Positions 63,033 to 64,000 of a stretch of DNA of 64,000 nucleotides are shown here, in pieces (position 1 is the first letter of the stretch; each line of letters opens with the position of its first letter). Under the pieces are notes generated by a model, which was given only the letters and a program-made list of their open reading frames with translations, searched no databases and was not told the DNA's origin. Origin of the DNA: Octopus vulgaris (lineage: Eukaryota); NCBI GenBank assembly GCA_951406725.2, contig OX597817.1, positions 173,848,001-173,912,000 of the forward strand, in the 5' to 3' direction. The position numbers were made by a program, and so were the translations under genes.

Positions 63033-64000
63033 AGTCAACCTAGCTAAAACCAAAGTACTAATAAGTAGAAAGTTAGAAAATCCACAAATATCCTCAGGAA
63101 GATGGCCCTGCTCGATCTGTAGAAAAAGGTGTAGGTAGAAACTCTATAAGATGTACCCAGTGTAAGCTATGGACACATAAGAGGTGCAGCAATGTCAAAG
63201 GTAGGCTAACTGGGAAGATAGTTTTTGTATGTGGCAGATGCTCTGGAGCATTGACCTCCGAAAATCTGCAGAAAACAACTTCCGTCACTTTCCGGGGGAA
63301 AAACTAGAAGTAGTTGATAGCTTCCGCTATCTAGGTGACCAAGTCAGTAGTGGGGGCGGGTGCGCTGAAAGTGTAACTGCTAGAATAAGAATAGCCTGGG
63401 CAAAGTTTAGGGAGCTATTACCTCTGCTGGTGACTAAAGGCCTCTCGCTCAGAGTAAAAGGCAGACTGTATGATGCATGTGTACGAACAGCTATGCTACA
63501 TGGCAGTGAAACATGGGCCGTGACTGCTGAGGACATGCGTAAGCTTGTGAGGAACGAAACCAGTATGCTCCGATGGATGTGTAATGTCAGTGTACTTACT
63601 CGACAGAGCGTTAGTACCTTGAGAGAAATGTTGTACCTAAGAAGCATCAGTTGTTGTGTGCAAGAGAGACGATTGCGCTGGTATGGTCATGTGGCGAGAA
63701 TGGATGAAGATAGGTGTGTGAGAAAGTGCCAATCCCTAGCAGTTGAGGGAACCCGTGGAAGAGGTAGACCCAGGAAAACCTGGGACGAAGTGGTGAAGCA
63801 CGACCTTCGGACGTTAGGTCTCACCATGGAAATGACTAGAGACCGAGACCTATGGAAGTATGCTGTGCGTGAGAAGACCCGGCAAGACTAGTGAAGCCAT
63901 AATCCGTGGCCCCTACCTGGGACGTAGTCAGTCCACCTGTGCATACCTTCCTTCTTGTGACACTTGTGAAGACCTGTTGAGGCAAGTGAGAATCGAATCG
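63033..64000 (+). mobile_element. RTE LINE 3' part, same subfamily as 1-1828, 5'-truncated in (TA)n; runs off the window
   Basis: Near-identical to 273-1230, with two frameshifts; ORF 63229-63891. Confidence 0.93.

Overview
Eukaryotic, AT-rich, microsatellite- and transposon-dense DNA. The repeat content is typical of an octopus/cephalopod genome (inference from the RTE LINE, SINE and (TA)n/(CATA)n landscape). The only well-supported host gene is a BtpA/SgcQ-family gene on the minus strand, with two exons (40124-40206 and 20407-20593) separated by a 19.5-kb intron; its other exons were not found in the window. The rest is RTE LINEs (one nearly intact; the family has a PHD-type finger inside the RT region), tRNA-derived SINEs, piggyBac- and mariner-type MITEs, Helitron fragments, an R4/Dong-like 3' end, a Gypsy gag relic, and a 22 x 147-bp tandem array amplified from the RT region of a decayed Jockey/CR1-like LINE. 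The most striking signal is about 10 sequence-diverse type I hammerhead ribozyme motifs, read and folded by eye. Several have intact cores, several have very long stem II insertions, and one may be a U3-A8 core variant. They sit in short non-coding elements, mostly at (TA)n tracts and often in inverted or palindromic arrangements, resembling Penelope-like pseudo-LTRs or retrozymes. Almost all long ORFs in the supplied track are translations of microsatellites or tandem repeats.
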